Assembly (NCBI RefSeq): GCF_001949145.1
Contig: NW_019091356.1
Location: forward strand, 2,946,713 to 3,010,712
Direction of reading: 5' to 3'
DNA length: 64,000 nt
Source of the DNA: Acanthaster planci
Taxonomy: Eukaryota
The notes beneath the pieces are model-generated. The model saw only the letters and a program-made list of their open reading frames with translations, searched no databases and had not been told where the DNA came from. Shown one piece after another: positions 1-12,000 of the stretch. The position numbers and the translations under genes were made by a program. Each line of letters starts with the position of its first letter. Position 1 is the first letter of the stretch.

Positions 1-1000
1 TTTTCATCCAAACCTACACTTGTACCTTTTTGTGTTTGTGACAGGCAATGAAGATGCAGGCCCTCAAAAACCAAGATTTTAATAATAAAAACAAGCAGCA
101 AAACTAATTCACCAAGGTTTAAGAAATTCACTAATTGATTGAAACTCGGCTCACACTCGTAGGCCTAAAATTTGACATGCATAAACATGCTCTTACCTTC
201 TGAAACTATTTTAGACCAAGGCTGTTCCTCACCCTTTTTTTTGGAAAGTCAGTTTCAGTTAAAGACTTTACATTCACATGGGTACATGTAATTGGTTTCT
301 TGAATGTGGAATTAAAATGTTTTATTCAGAAAACAAAATTGCTCTCTCGTGTCGAGTGCTGTTCTGGTCTTTGAATTTCTTTCCCTCATCCATTTTTAAC
401 CCCAAGTGTCACACATACTGCTGGAGTTCCTCTGGACAAGCATGATCTTTTTTAAACCAGTACACAAGCTGTTGTTCATTGTTACAATGTAGGGTCTATG
501 GTAAACGTTTCCTTATAGGCACCCCTTGAAGTGTCCATTTCTTATGTGCTATATTAATTTTTCTATGAACAAGCACCTTAATGGTGCACATGGGATTTTC
601 AAGACTTTCAAAGAGATTGAAAAATCTTGAATTGATGAAAATATCCTCAAATTGAGAGAAATCCTGACAAATCTTAACCCTGATGTACAAGAAACTTGAA
701 AGTTGAGAAAAAATGGAGATTTGTTCGGCCACAGACTAAAAATCCATAAAACCAGTAATTCATTTTGATGGCGTCACAAAATACATGAACAACATTGCTG
801 CTAGAAAAAAACATACAGCTTACAAATCAGGTGAATTCTTTTGGGCAAGTTTAATTCTCAAGCTATGTCTCAAGCAAAACAGTTGTTACAAAAATGCAAT
901 TAACAATAGAATACACCAGAAATTGAAAGTGCAATTACCCATGATTTCTGAAATAAAAAAAGAAAGAAAAGTAGTACTAATAGACGGTAAATCAAACCTC

Positions 1001-1006
1001 TTTATT
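1001..1006 (-). terminator. Candidate polyadenylation signal (AATAAA on minus) for SAFB-A, implying a 3' UTR of about 2 kb
   Basis: TTTATT on plus at 1001-1006, followed in the transcription direction by a T-rich tract. Other AATAAA candidates exist (about 2862, 1564, 321). Confidence 0.4.
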
Positions 1007-2017
1007 TGAAGTCCAATGATGTGGCAATTACAGGCAAAAATTTTATGACGGATACGTCCAAATATATCAATACATAGTGCACCAGACTAAGCAAAGTCAA
1101 GTATATTCAGTCTCTTAATTCAATAAGGTAGCCAATACAAATGTGTTAAGCTTATGGCAATACAAGTTGCAACTTTTTATCAGGCCTGTATCGGCAAAGA
1201 TTATGTGAAAACTAAGGTTCAGTGATTACATGTAGTTAGAATATACTGCAGTACAAGTGAATGGTAAGCTACAACTTCTATTCAGTGCAGTACTACGTCA
1301 GTCGAGGCAAAATTTGGTTGAAGATGATCCTATTAACCTATTCAAAAAGATAGACTGATTCTTCCACAGAGATGGACGGCACTCTCAAACTGATGACTGA
1401 TCATGGCTCTTTCAATTTCTTCCCTTTTTGTTTCAAACTATTGCTTCACACACTCCAGGACAAAATGGGTGTCGCGACTGTATCCATTCTAATACATAGC
1501 AGCTTGTTTACACGGCATGTTTATAGCAGCAGATAGCATGTGCACACCAGCTAATGGGAAGCATTTATTTAGTTTCCAAATACCATCCTGCACAGAAAAG
1601 TTTTTCAAGCAGGACTAGATGAAAGTTAACCTAATGCAAAATTGGCAACTGAAAATGACAACAGCCAAATTCCTTTTTAATACTACTGTCAAGTCTACTT
1701 GTCTACATCTTCTACTTTTATTTCAACTTTTCTTCAAAGCGTTTGCCCCAGTACGGCCCTGTTGCCCCGGTTTGTTCAGCAAGCAAGTGCAAAACACAGC
1801 AAATGGAAAAACATTAAATACATTGCAAATGGCTGCCAAAGCTGATGCCATCCTGTAAATGAAACATGCACAGTGTCACTGTTACAACACTAAATGGTAA
1901 AATAAGCTGCACCACGACTGTTAAAATTCTTTTTCACCATAATGCACTTCAAAGAAAACAATTACAGCTTGGAGACTTTCCATACGTATAGTCCCATTTT
2001 TCCCAATCAAAAACCAA

Positions 2018-2225
2018 TAGACCATATTCGCAGGGTACCCAATTTCAGTTGTATTCCTGAATGTATTTTACACATTTGAAACCCTTAATGGGATGGTACC
2101 AGGTGATTTGGGGCATTGGAATGAAATCGTAGAACAGAGTCTGGTTCTTTAAATTTAATGTTTTTAAATAAACACACTATGTTGGGGAATCTGACTGAAA
2201 TTGGGTCCCCCGCAAATAAGGTCAA
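2018..2225. mobile_element. MITE-like element with imperfect terminal inverted repeats
   Basis: Left gaccatattcgcagggtacccaatttcagt is inverted at right as actgaaattgggtcccccgcaaataaggtc. No coding capacity. Confidence 0.6.
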
Positions 2226-3042
2226 CTCAAATATAGTGCTTCAGCTTCATTTTTCCTAATGCAAATCTGAAAAAACACAACATGGATGAAGAAGACATAG
2301 AATCCAAATGGAGACCCAAGCAGTAAATTTGGAATTCATAGCGAAAAAAGTTATCAAAATTCAGCATCAGAGAAATTTCTCTTTAAAATTTACAGTAAAA
2401 CAGTGTTGTAGTTGAGACCATGACAAATCAACCTGTCTTAAGCCAAGACGCAAGCCATTCAAATAAACTGTGACAAAAACGTGCCTTTGAAATCACTGAC
2501 TATTATCCACCTCGAGCAGCAGCTCCCCTTACCGGTTGAAAAGAGCCACATTGGTCAGGAGTCTTCAATTTGTTAATGATGAGACGGTAACGCATAGTTC
2601 AGTTCCGACCAAAGGAGCCTCCTTTGCTGAGAAACTTGCACTAGTCTTGTGCCCTCTCTTGGTCCAACTCGATTCTCCTTTATGACAGGTCTTCTGAAAG
2701 GACTTGTGACTAGACTTCTGGACTTGACTACAACAATGGTACACCCGTCTTGCTTACTCAATTACCTTTGAAGGAGAAAGGGCTGATCTAAAGCCTGTTC
2801 CGCTGTGAGGAATGTGTTATGTGCTAAAATAGAATCATATTTATTAATAAAGAATAACGATTTTATTGTAGTTATTATCATCTATTCACGCCATTTTTTT
2901 CATCACATACAAGATGGGCATAGGAGAGACGACAGCGATAACAATCACTCAGGCTGCAATCTCTTCACATCTATTTTTGTGCATGATATTTTTCTTCTTA
3001 ATAGGGCAATGTAGCGTTTATGCAGTTTTTGAAATTGTCATC

Positions 3043-6000
3043 TTAGAAGCGGCGCATAGTACCAAACCTGTTGTCTGTCTGCATCTGCTGCAGTCGATCC
3101 AGGCCAACATTGACCCCTGCTGAACCCATCGACATCTGACTGCCTCCCATGAAAGCACCACCCCCCATGGAGCCCTGGGACATCATGCCCATGTTCCCTG
3201 ACAAGCCTCCTCCAACACCACTCATCATGCCCCCGCTGCTCATGTTACCCCCGAGGCCGACGCCCGTACCACTCCCCATGCCACCGCCCATGCCCCCGCT
3301 CATGCCTCCACCCGTCCCACCACCTGTTCCGCCCATAAACTGACCACCGCCCATGGTGTTCTGGCTGCTCATTATCGAACCCATGGGCTGGCTCTGGTTC
3401 ATCATGTTGGGTGTATGGGAAGTGCCCTGCATGCCCAAGGAACCAGACCCCCCTCGATTGATGGAGGAATCCAGTCCGCTAGGAGGCCAGCTGGCCGACT
3501 CTTGACTTGGCGGCTCGCCCAGGATACTGCCTCGGATCTGCTGCTGAGGCTCTTGCTGGTTCATCATCAGGTCACCTCGGCCGAGGAGAGAGGTATTCCC
3601 ACCCATCCTAGCACTCATATTTTGCATGGACGACGTCTGCATGGGGAAATCTTGCTTCTGCTGTTGTTGGTAGGTGCCGAATCCACCGGACACGGAGGAG
3701 CGGTCCAGGTTTTGACTTCCCCCGGCAGCGTTTGACTTCCAGTCACTGCCCGAGCCCATGTTGCCTCCATCGCGGTTTCCCTTCCAGCTGTCTCGGGAGT
3801 TGTTGCCCCCGCTGTGGGAAGACATCCGTGTTGATGTTCCATCTCTCACCTTATCCCGTTCATCTCTATAATCTCGGCCATCTCTCTGTGAGTCTCCTCT
3901 GCTGTAGGAACTGTCTCCTCCCCTTCCGCTACCTGACCCCTGGTATCTGGTGTTCTGCTGGTTGGACACCACCCTTCGCTCATCTCGGTCTTGATGATCC
4001 CTTGAATCCCTCCTGGAATCGAGCCTCCTGACTGGATCCTCCATGCCTCTGTATCCTTCATCTCTCCTGTAGCTGTCCCCTCTCTTTCTTGATCCATCAG
4101 TCCTTGAGGCATCACTGTCTCGGTTGGCCGATCTCCGGCGGGAGTCATCTTGCCTGTCGTTGCTGCGTCTCCCTGATTCGTATCTTCTGTCAATGTCTGA
4201 GCGTGACCTGTCATCTCTACGCTGGCTAGAATCATCCCTGAAGCGGCTTGAAGAATTGGAGTCACGCATTCCACTGGTGCCACCAAATCCGGATTGCTGC
4301 TGACTGCCAAACTGTCCTTGGTCGATATTGTGCTGGACAGGTGTTCCTCCCTGGCCCTGTCGCATGTCTCGCTGATCGTACTTCTCCACGTGGCGCTCCC
4401 CGATGGCCACCACCAGCCGCGTGTCAGAGGGCGTTGTGTTGTTGAAATTCCCACTCATGCCCTCTTGCATCATAGCTCGACGTTTGCGGTCACTGGCGTA
4501 GGGATCCAGGGCTTGCTGGGCTGCCTGTTGGGCTGCCTGTTGGGCTGCCTGCTGGGCTGCCTGCTGGGCTGCCTGCTGCGCTGCCTGCTGTGCTGCCGCC
4601 TGCTGGTTGGCCAAGGCCTGCTGGGTAGCCAATGTCTGGGTCTCCAAGGTGTGCTTGAGCTTGGCCAAACGCTCCTGGTCAATCTTCAGCTGAATCTCCA
4701 TCTTGCGGAACTCCTGCATCTCCCGCTGGTACTTCTCCCGGTCATGGACCATCTTCAACCGCTCCTTTTCAATGCGTTGCCGCTCAGCTCGCTCCTTTTC
4801 CAGCTTGGCCTGCTCCTGCTCCAGCAGCTCCCTCTCCTTGCGTAGCTTCCGGATTTCCTCCCGGTGGCGCCGCTGTACGTCGTCCCGCTCCCTGCGGATC
4901 CGCTCCTCCCTCTCTCTGTCCCGACGACGCTCTGCCTCTCTCTCTTCCCTCTCTCGCTTCTTGTTGTACTCGATGCGTTGCTGCTCTCTCGCCTTGTCCA
5001 GTGAAAGGACCTTTTCTTTCCTGTCCTTGTCGGAATGTGTGCTTGAACGCCTGGAGGAATCGCCTCCTGGTGGTAGAGATTCTCCCTTTTTTGTTGCATC
5101 AGAGCCGTTGGATGCTATTTTATCACTCTTTCCTGTATTTTTAAGAAAGCATCTGGTGTGAATCCACCCTAATATTACAACCAATTTTGAAACAAAGTGT
5201 TGAATTAATGATGAAATTTTCGATCTTTTGCGCAGTTTTGGATCTACTTTCCTTGTTTTCATGAATTATTTAGCCAAATGTAGCATCTACAATTTGGTTT
5301 ACAACAAATCAAAGCACAATTTTCTCAAAGGAATTTTTCATACACACATCTACTTTCTCATCTTAGCTCCAATTTACCTCAAAAATGATGACCTTGATTT
5401 AATTTTGAAAAAATAAATTGCTTTGATGATGGAGAATAGTAGGTTTTCTTTTTGCGTATCTGCTAGCTTACCCTCAACACTGCTCCTGTGTCCTGGTGAC
5501 GGCTTCTTGTCATCTTTCTTATCAAGCTCCTTTTTCACTGGACCATCCTTCTTTACAGGTGCACCCTTGTCATCTTTCTTCTCGGGGGTGGATGGAGGCT
5601 TCTCATCCTTTTTATCCTCCTTGACAGCAGATTTGGCAGCAGGCTTCTTGGCATCCACATTCTCCTTGTCATCTTTCTTTGGGGCCTCAGCAGAGGTAGA
5701 CGTCACAGAGGACTTCTGAGCCACGGATCCAGCTGTTTGGTTACGAGCCTGGCAACAAGACAGGTGTTTGAGATTCCAATCAGTTACAACCTTAAGCCTG
5801 TCATAAAATACCCTTCATTCCTACTCATAAGGTGGCTTCAAATATGGCAATTAGAATGATCTGGTGACGTTGTTGCAACATAAACCATGCCCACCCACAC
5901 GATGTACATGTAGCATTGAAATCACTGGAACCTGAGGGAGTACAAAGAGGTGTATTTGGCAGTTGGTCATCAATGTCTACTAAAATACTTACGAACTGGA

Positions 6001-9000
6001 TAGGAGTCATTGCTACAGCGGTACCAAGCTTGTGCGACAAAGCATACGCATACATGTAAATGACTCTTCGATCTATAGTGGGTTGCGACCTGCTAGAAAT
6101 GCGTACATGCACCTCCAGAGTACCAACGTGTGTGACATGCATTAGAGTGTATCAATACAGTAATGCTCGGTGTGGTTCTGAGAGAAATTCAAAATGACAG
6201 CTTCAAACAGAGACAACTGTCATGAAGTACATTTCCAACAACCTGAGTTGACTTTGAGACTCAGCAGTGCTGCTGGCTTGGTCTCCTGGCTCTTACCCAG
6301 GTCACGTCGATGGTGCGGCCGTGCAGTTTGCTACGGTGCAGTCGGTCAATGGCTTTGGACGCCTCCGCCTGGGAAGCCATGGAGAGGAATCCGTAGCAAT
6401 GGTGGCCGGGAAGTTTGGCATTCCAGATGATCTTGGCTCCAATCACCTAAACAATTACACACCAAATATAGATGACCGAATGAGGAGAAACGATCTTGCG
6501 CCACATCAGAAATAAGATGCATATCTTTGAGTTTCCGGAATCAGTTTTTAACACCCTGAGCATCAACAGTTACAAGTTGATAAAAGATGAAACTGTGAAA
6601 TGACAGTGTACCCACTGGATTCAGAGGTCATTTTTTCCCAACTCATTACATTTACCACATGAAAGGTTTTTGCAAGTCAAATTGCTCATCATTCACAGCA
6701 AACAAGAGTTGTATGCACACTTGCACTGTTACTTGATTATTAAGTATTATGCCACAGTGAATTGACCCTCCAGCGGTCTCATTTTCAGCTGAAAATTGTT
6801 TTTGTAGTCGAGAGCCCTCAAGACTATAATACGACCAGGGCAAAAAACCTCCAGTCTAAATCCAGTGAAAAACTATTCAAACGATCTGTGGCAAAAGTGG
6901 TCCTCTGTCACTGCTCAACATTTTTTGGTGACCAGCTTGTGAAAGGTCTTGAAGACAAAGCTCAAATGCTTTCTTTTTAAAGAAGCCACCAGACTGCTTT
7001 TCAGGCGATGCTTTTGCTCTTTCCCAGGGTAAAAAAAAATCAACCACACCCAATTTCGTCTACTCCAAAGATGTCATTTCACCTTGCCATACTTGCTGAA
7101 TGCTGTCTTCAGGTCTGTTGCTCTAGTTTCCTTTGATAGGCCACTCACCCAAATGTTGCACTTTTCAGCTTTTGCATCTAAATTAGACAAATTGGGGGAG
7201 AAAATGAAAAATGATGATGTTCTACAACAAATGCAATCATTCTTCCAATTTTTCATTTTTTTGGTTGGGAACTTCGTGAATCTTCCTAAACACATAATTG
7301 GGTAGGAAACCCATGGAAAATTAGGGGCAGCAAGCCCCATGTGAAGTACAGTGGTCAGGCTCTAGTGCCTTCCTCAATCAATGCAACTTCCCCCCAAAAC
7401 CTGGAGGATTCTCAAAATCTAGAAAAGCCTGTTCAATGCTCAACTGATTCACTTGTTACCTTTGTCATCTTTAGGTGGTTCCTTGCCAGTTCCAGATGGG
7501 CTGTAGAAAAATCAACAAAGAGTTGATATTACAATACTGCAATTGTGTGGCATAGAGATGTAGGCCACATCCAAAACAGGCTTCCAGAGCTATGGCTAGG
7601 GTCTATATAATCTGCACGTATCGCTGTACTTCCAATGGAGTAAAGACCTAGACCTAGCTCTAAACAACAGATTGGGATGCAGCCCTGACCAGTCCTTTGG
7701 ATCTCCAAATATGAATGAGATCACAAGATAATCAGAGTTGTTTTTGACAGAAGTAATAATGATATCACTTCTGCACAAAAATTTGCCTGAGAACATATTT
7801 CAACCGGATACGGATTAAGTTCTCAAACTGTTTACAGCACAAATGTTTACTGCAAGAGAGTAGCTCTGGGAAGGAAGTTGATTTATCTGGTGATTGAATC
7901 AAACAGGTGTCCAAGCAATTGTGTTTGCTTACAGAACGACATGCTTACTATTGTAAGCCAGAACAAAATGACCACTCATAATGGAAAACTCATTAAAGAC
8001 AAGACTAACTTTGAGTAAGTACGGTTCAAACACTTCATGGTTCCCTGTTTTTCAAGTACAATATTCTTTGTGTTAATGTATAACGTCATCAGCAGCCTTG
8101 ACAATTGAAGGACATCACAGTGGGCAGACAATATCAACAGCCTATTTCGTTGGGTCATGCCAGACTCCCGAGTGACGACAGCTTCTGCCATGCCCAGACT
8201 GACCAACCGACTGATGTTAACATAGGGAAGTGCACCGAGTAAGTGCATCTGCGAGTGGTGTGGGCAAAGTGTTGAAAGAGCACTGTTGTGCAAGACAAGA
8301 AACACACAGGCATTATAAAGTTTCTGACTATTTCCTTGTCCAGGTAACGCTCCATGAGGAAAAAGTTATCAAAACCCTGGGTATGCAGGAATTTTTTGCT
8401 AGTTGCAATGCTTAATACAGTAGCATACAGTACTGGTCAAATTGCAAAGTTTCTCCAGAGCAATGAGATCCGATCGATTCAGGATTCCTCATGTCAGATC
8501 TCAGAGACTACACCTGCGAGCCACCGGATGGAATTCCAAATTGTAACATCAGTCACTGCAAGATGCCAAGGAATTCACTGCAGATTCAAAGTTCATTATT
8601 TTCCATTCCTGTGCGAGTACACTACATGTGAATGCTTAATCTGTACCAAACAGTCAAATTAAATTTTGACTGTGTTTTTTTCAATGTTCATCTGTCATTT
8701 TTATGACAAAATGGATTTTAGGGGTGTTAATTTGAGGTGATCACGGCGCAGTATGTGCATTAAAAGTGTGTTCGCGTGTATGCAGGATCCACAGCAGGAT
8801 CGAGAAGCCAAGATAGGCATCCTTTTCTAGAATCCCATGAAATAGAGGGCTGGTGAACACATTTAAAATAGAATGAGTGCTTTAATAATCCTTTAGATAA
8901 TAGAAACACTGAAGATTGTAGCTTTAAATGAAACAGTTTCTAATGAACACCCCCTTTTAACCATATGCTGCCGGGTCTCAATTGAAGTTGCATAGCGAGT

Positions 9001-12000
9001 TCCACGGGGATTTTCAGGATATTCTGTTTTCAAAATTCTTCAAAAATTCATAACTTCATTTACTGGATGTTTACACCCACACAAATGACTGTCTGGTGGC
9101 TACTCTAATCTGAAAGACAACATCTATTGACGCCTGAGTATTTCAGCCAGGCCTGCCGCCTTGTAAAGAGAGCCCAGATTGTGCGGTGTTGCGTAATGTC
9201 CTTTTGTTCCTAAAACTGGCCCAGTGTGCTGCTGGTGTCTTTTCAAATATGGCCGGATTAGTGTGCAGCGGTATTGTATCGCACATGGCTGGAACGCTTT
9301 TGTCCCTGGCCGTAATCTGCTCACACTGAATGCCACAAATAGTGGTATACTGCTCCGCTATTGACAACTGAAAAAAGGTGGAAATTTCGCAGCAGCGCAG
9401 TCTTTTTTCCCCGACTACGGTCTTTTGGTACAAGGCCCAGCTCCTTTGTCCAATTTGGGGCACCTTGGCTATGCATACAAACCTAAGGTCTATGGTACTA
9501 GGCACCCCTGTGCGAAGTGGTCAATGAATGGAATAGGCGCACAGACTGTTGTATGAACAACATGCGCAAAACTCTTCCGTCCGTCCCTCCCCTGGCTCCC
9601 CGGACAAAATCCTTCAAAAGTGTCAGCTTTTGAAAAGTCCAGATACGGTGATGGAGTATGGTGCAATGCAAAAACTCATCTGCTTCTACTAATTTTACAC
9701 AAACGTCTGCAAGTGTGGTAGCTCCAAGACAACTTCATCCGGTGTGACTTAACTTTTAAACTTCAAACACAAACTGACAATTTACTTAACAATTTCTGTT
9801 GTACATGTATTGACACCATGAACACAGTGTTTTACAAGGAAGAAACATCGTGCAAATACATATAGGGTGTGTTTCACTTTAAAAAGGACTTCATGCTTTT
9901 GCTGTAAATCAAGAAGTACTGTGGTTGAAGAAAAACATTGGATAGTGGGCTTTCGTCACAGACTGATCTACCTTCAAATAGGACAAAGAATCCTGAAGCA
10001 TTTACTAATATCACAAACACGTTGAACTTGATTGAATGAAAAAGGAAAACCCTGAGAAAGTGGCCACAGTAGAGGAAGGCCATCTCCGGATTAACACAGT
10101 TCAAAGCACATAATGCTTATACCTACACATTACTTTTTTCGGTTGCATGTGAACAATGCAGATACGGCTGTGTGAACAAGAGATTCAAACCTTTTGCTGG
10201 AAGGGACACTGGTTCCTGTGGTGGATGTTGCTTTCTTCTCTGAAGTAGAGTCTTTGTTTGAGGGTGTATTACCAGAGACACCTTTTCCAGCATCTCCAGC
10301 ATCAGGTTTGGATTTTGTCTCCTTGGCAATGTTCCCAGAATTCCCCACAATGGGTTTGTCAGCCTTTGTGCCACTATCCTGTGAGGCAGAATCGGACTTT
10401 TCTGCCTGGGATTTCGCGGACTCTCCCGGCGGGCTGGGTTCTTCGGGTTCCATCTCCTCAGTGTCTTCAACGGGCTCTTCCACGGATTCATCTTCTTCTT
10501 TGGTGTCAGAAGTGGGATCGGTGGCAGCACCGGATTCGTCTCCCTCTTCTTCAGCACCCTCAGCTACTTCTTCGGCACCTAGGATTGGAAGATTTTGATA
10601 ATCTCCGGGTCTGGCTCCCCTTGCACATCTTTGCCGCAAGCACATGGGAGACTGGACAGCAATTGCAAACAAACTAACAAGTGGCAAATGAATGCACATC
10701 TTCCTGTCTCAAAGAAGGTCAACAACCTAGTGGCATAAAACACTGGAATCTACACAAAATGAAAACCGCTAAAACAATTTTCTAATGATTCAAATGAAAA
10801 AATTTGCTTCCCTGAGACTCTGCAAAAGGAAACTTGGAGTTAAGAGAGAATCTTGTTTCTGACAATCCTAGCTGACATTTATTTACACTACATACATACG
10901 GCCCAAATCTCCTATTGCAACATCACCAATCTAGCACAGCCTACTCAGCAACACTGGTTTGACAGACTGTTTTTAACAGCTGACTTACTCTGAAACTCCA
11001 TAAAATTCACCTCACACTTTCCACGCAACATTCACACTTAGGAGCAACTGCAACACTTTAATAGCTGAGGGTCTATTTGGTGTCCAACATCACTTAACAT
11101 CGACGTTTCGAAGTGTCGCTCTTTCGGGTGCGTTACTGTGATCGTCAGACGTCACAATCAGATTGGCTATCAGTCAGGGGATGTCCACGGTGTTCTTTTT
11201 GAGTACTTGTTGCATAATTGTGCCCCACGAGACTTCACACTGTCCATCTTTGCTTCCTCAGCTGAAGAAGTGCTTACTTGATCTAATTGATTCACGATGT
11301 CATGCGCTGGCATTTACAAAACCGCCTTGTCAGGTTTTCACTGTTTCATCCACCTGATCACCTAGAGGTGCTGGTGCTGTGCAATCGGAAGCTCTCAAAC
11401 TTCTGTGTTGCCCAACTCTGAAGATTCACTCTTCATAAGTAGTGATGCAGTTTCGAGGCAAATACAGGACTGCAGCTAATGCCACAACTCCTTCACCTGC
11501 TACAGTTGACGAATTCCATTCCTATCTGAAAAAGTGCCCCACGTTGCAACTGCACAAAGACATCAATGCCCTGGTCCTCAAGCACATTTCTCCTCCGAAT
11601 AAGTTCCACAGCTTTAATCGCCATGGTGAGAGATTACAAGGTCAAAGATTAACATCTGATGGCTTTACAGTACGTGCTCTGGTTTGGTGACAATCTTACG
11701 AGCTAGCTGCTAAGTTCCATCACATTAATGGCACACGCAGTTGTAGAAATGTTAACGTGTGGAGTGTGGCCCACACGAATCCTTTGGTGTGATTACCTGA
11801 AGTGTCTGAAATGAAGTTGCCGTCCACTGGAAGTCACCACATTTCCACAGCAGAAAGTCTCTAAATGTCTCTGTCACATCTGAACTGTCATGTTGAGCTG
11901 AACCGGCTGCTACTGTGAGCCTTGCTCGACAGAAGAGAGCACAGGTCACTCACTAAGCGCTGCTGCAACACCAGTCCTCCATCGAGATGTGTCTTTGTAC

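Noticed and set aside
5133..5262. N-terminal part of the 739-aa ORF (MKTRKVDPK...)
   Set aside because: Intronic read-through. The exon starts at the acceptor at 5132, in phase with the previous exon.
3149..5719. Multiple overlapping and antisense ORFs (Pro-, Leu- or Ser-rich)
   Set aside because: Shadow frames of low-complexity SAFB-A exons. The same applies at 10194-10677, 27740-28230, 31531-33490 and 51445-53589.
7341..7526. ORF track entry labelled minus (MKYSGQALV...)
   Set aside because: The peptide reads from the plus strand (gtg aag tac agt...), so the strand label is inconsistent with the sequence. It is antisense to a real 41-nt SAFB-A exon and is not a gene.
9957..9968. 11-mer GATCAGTCTGT shared by homologous introns of A (minus) and B (28501)
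   Set aside because: Too short, and I could not extend the alignment. Compatible with chance.
7501..10190. Intronic C/D or H/ACA snoRNAs in SAFB introns
   Set aside because: No convincing box C/box D pair with terminal stem seen by eye. An Infernal search would be needed.
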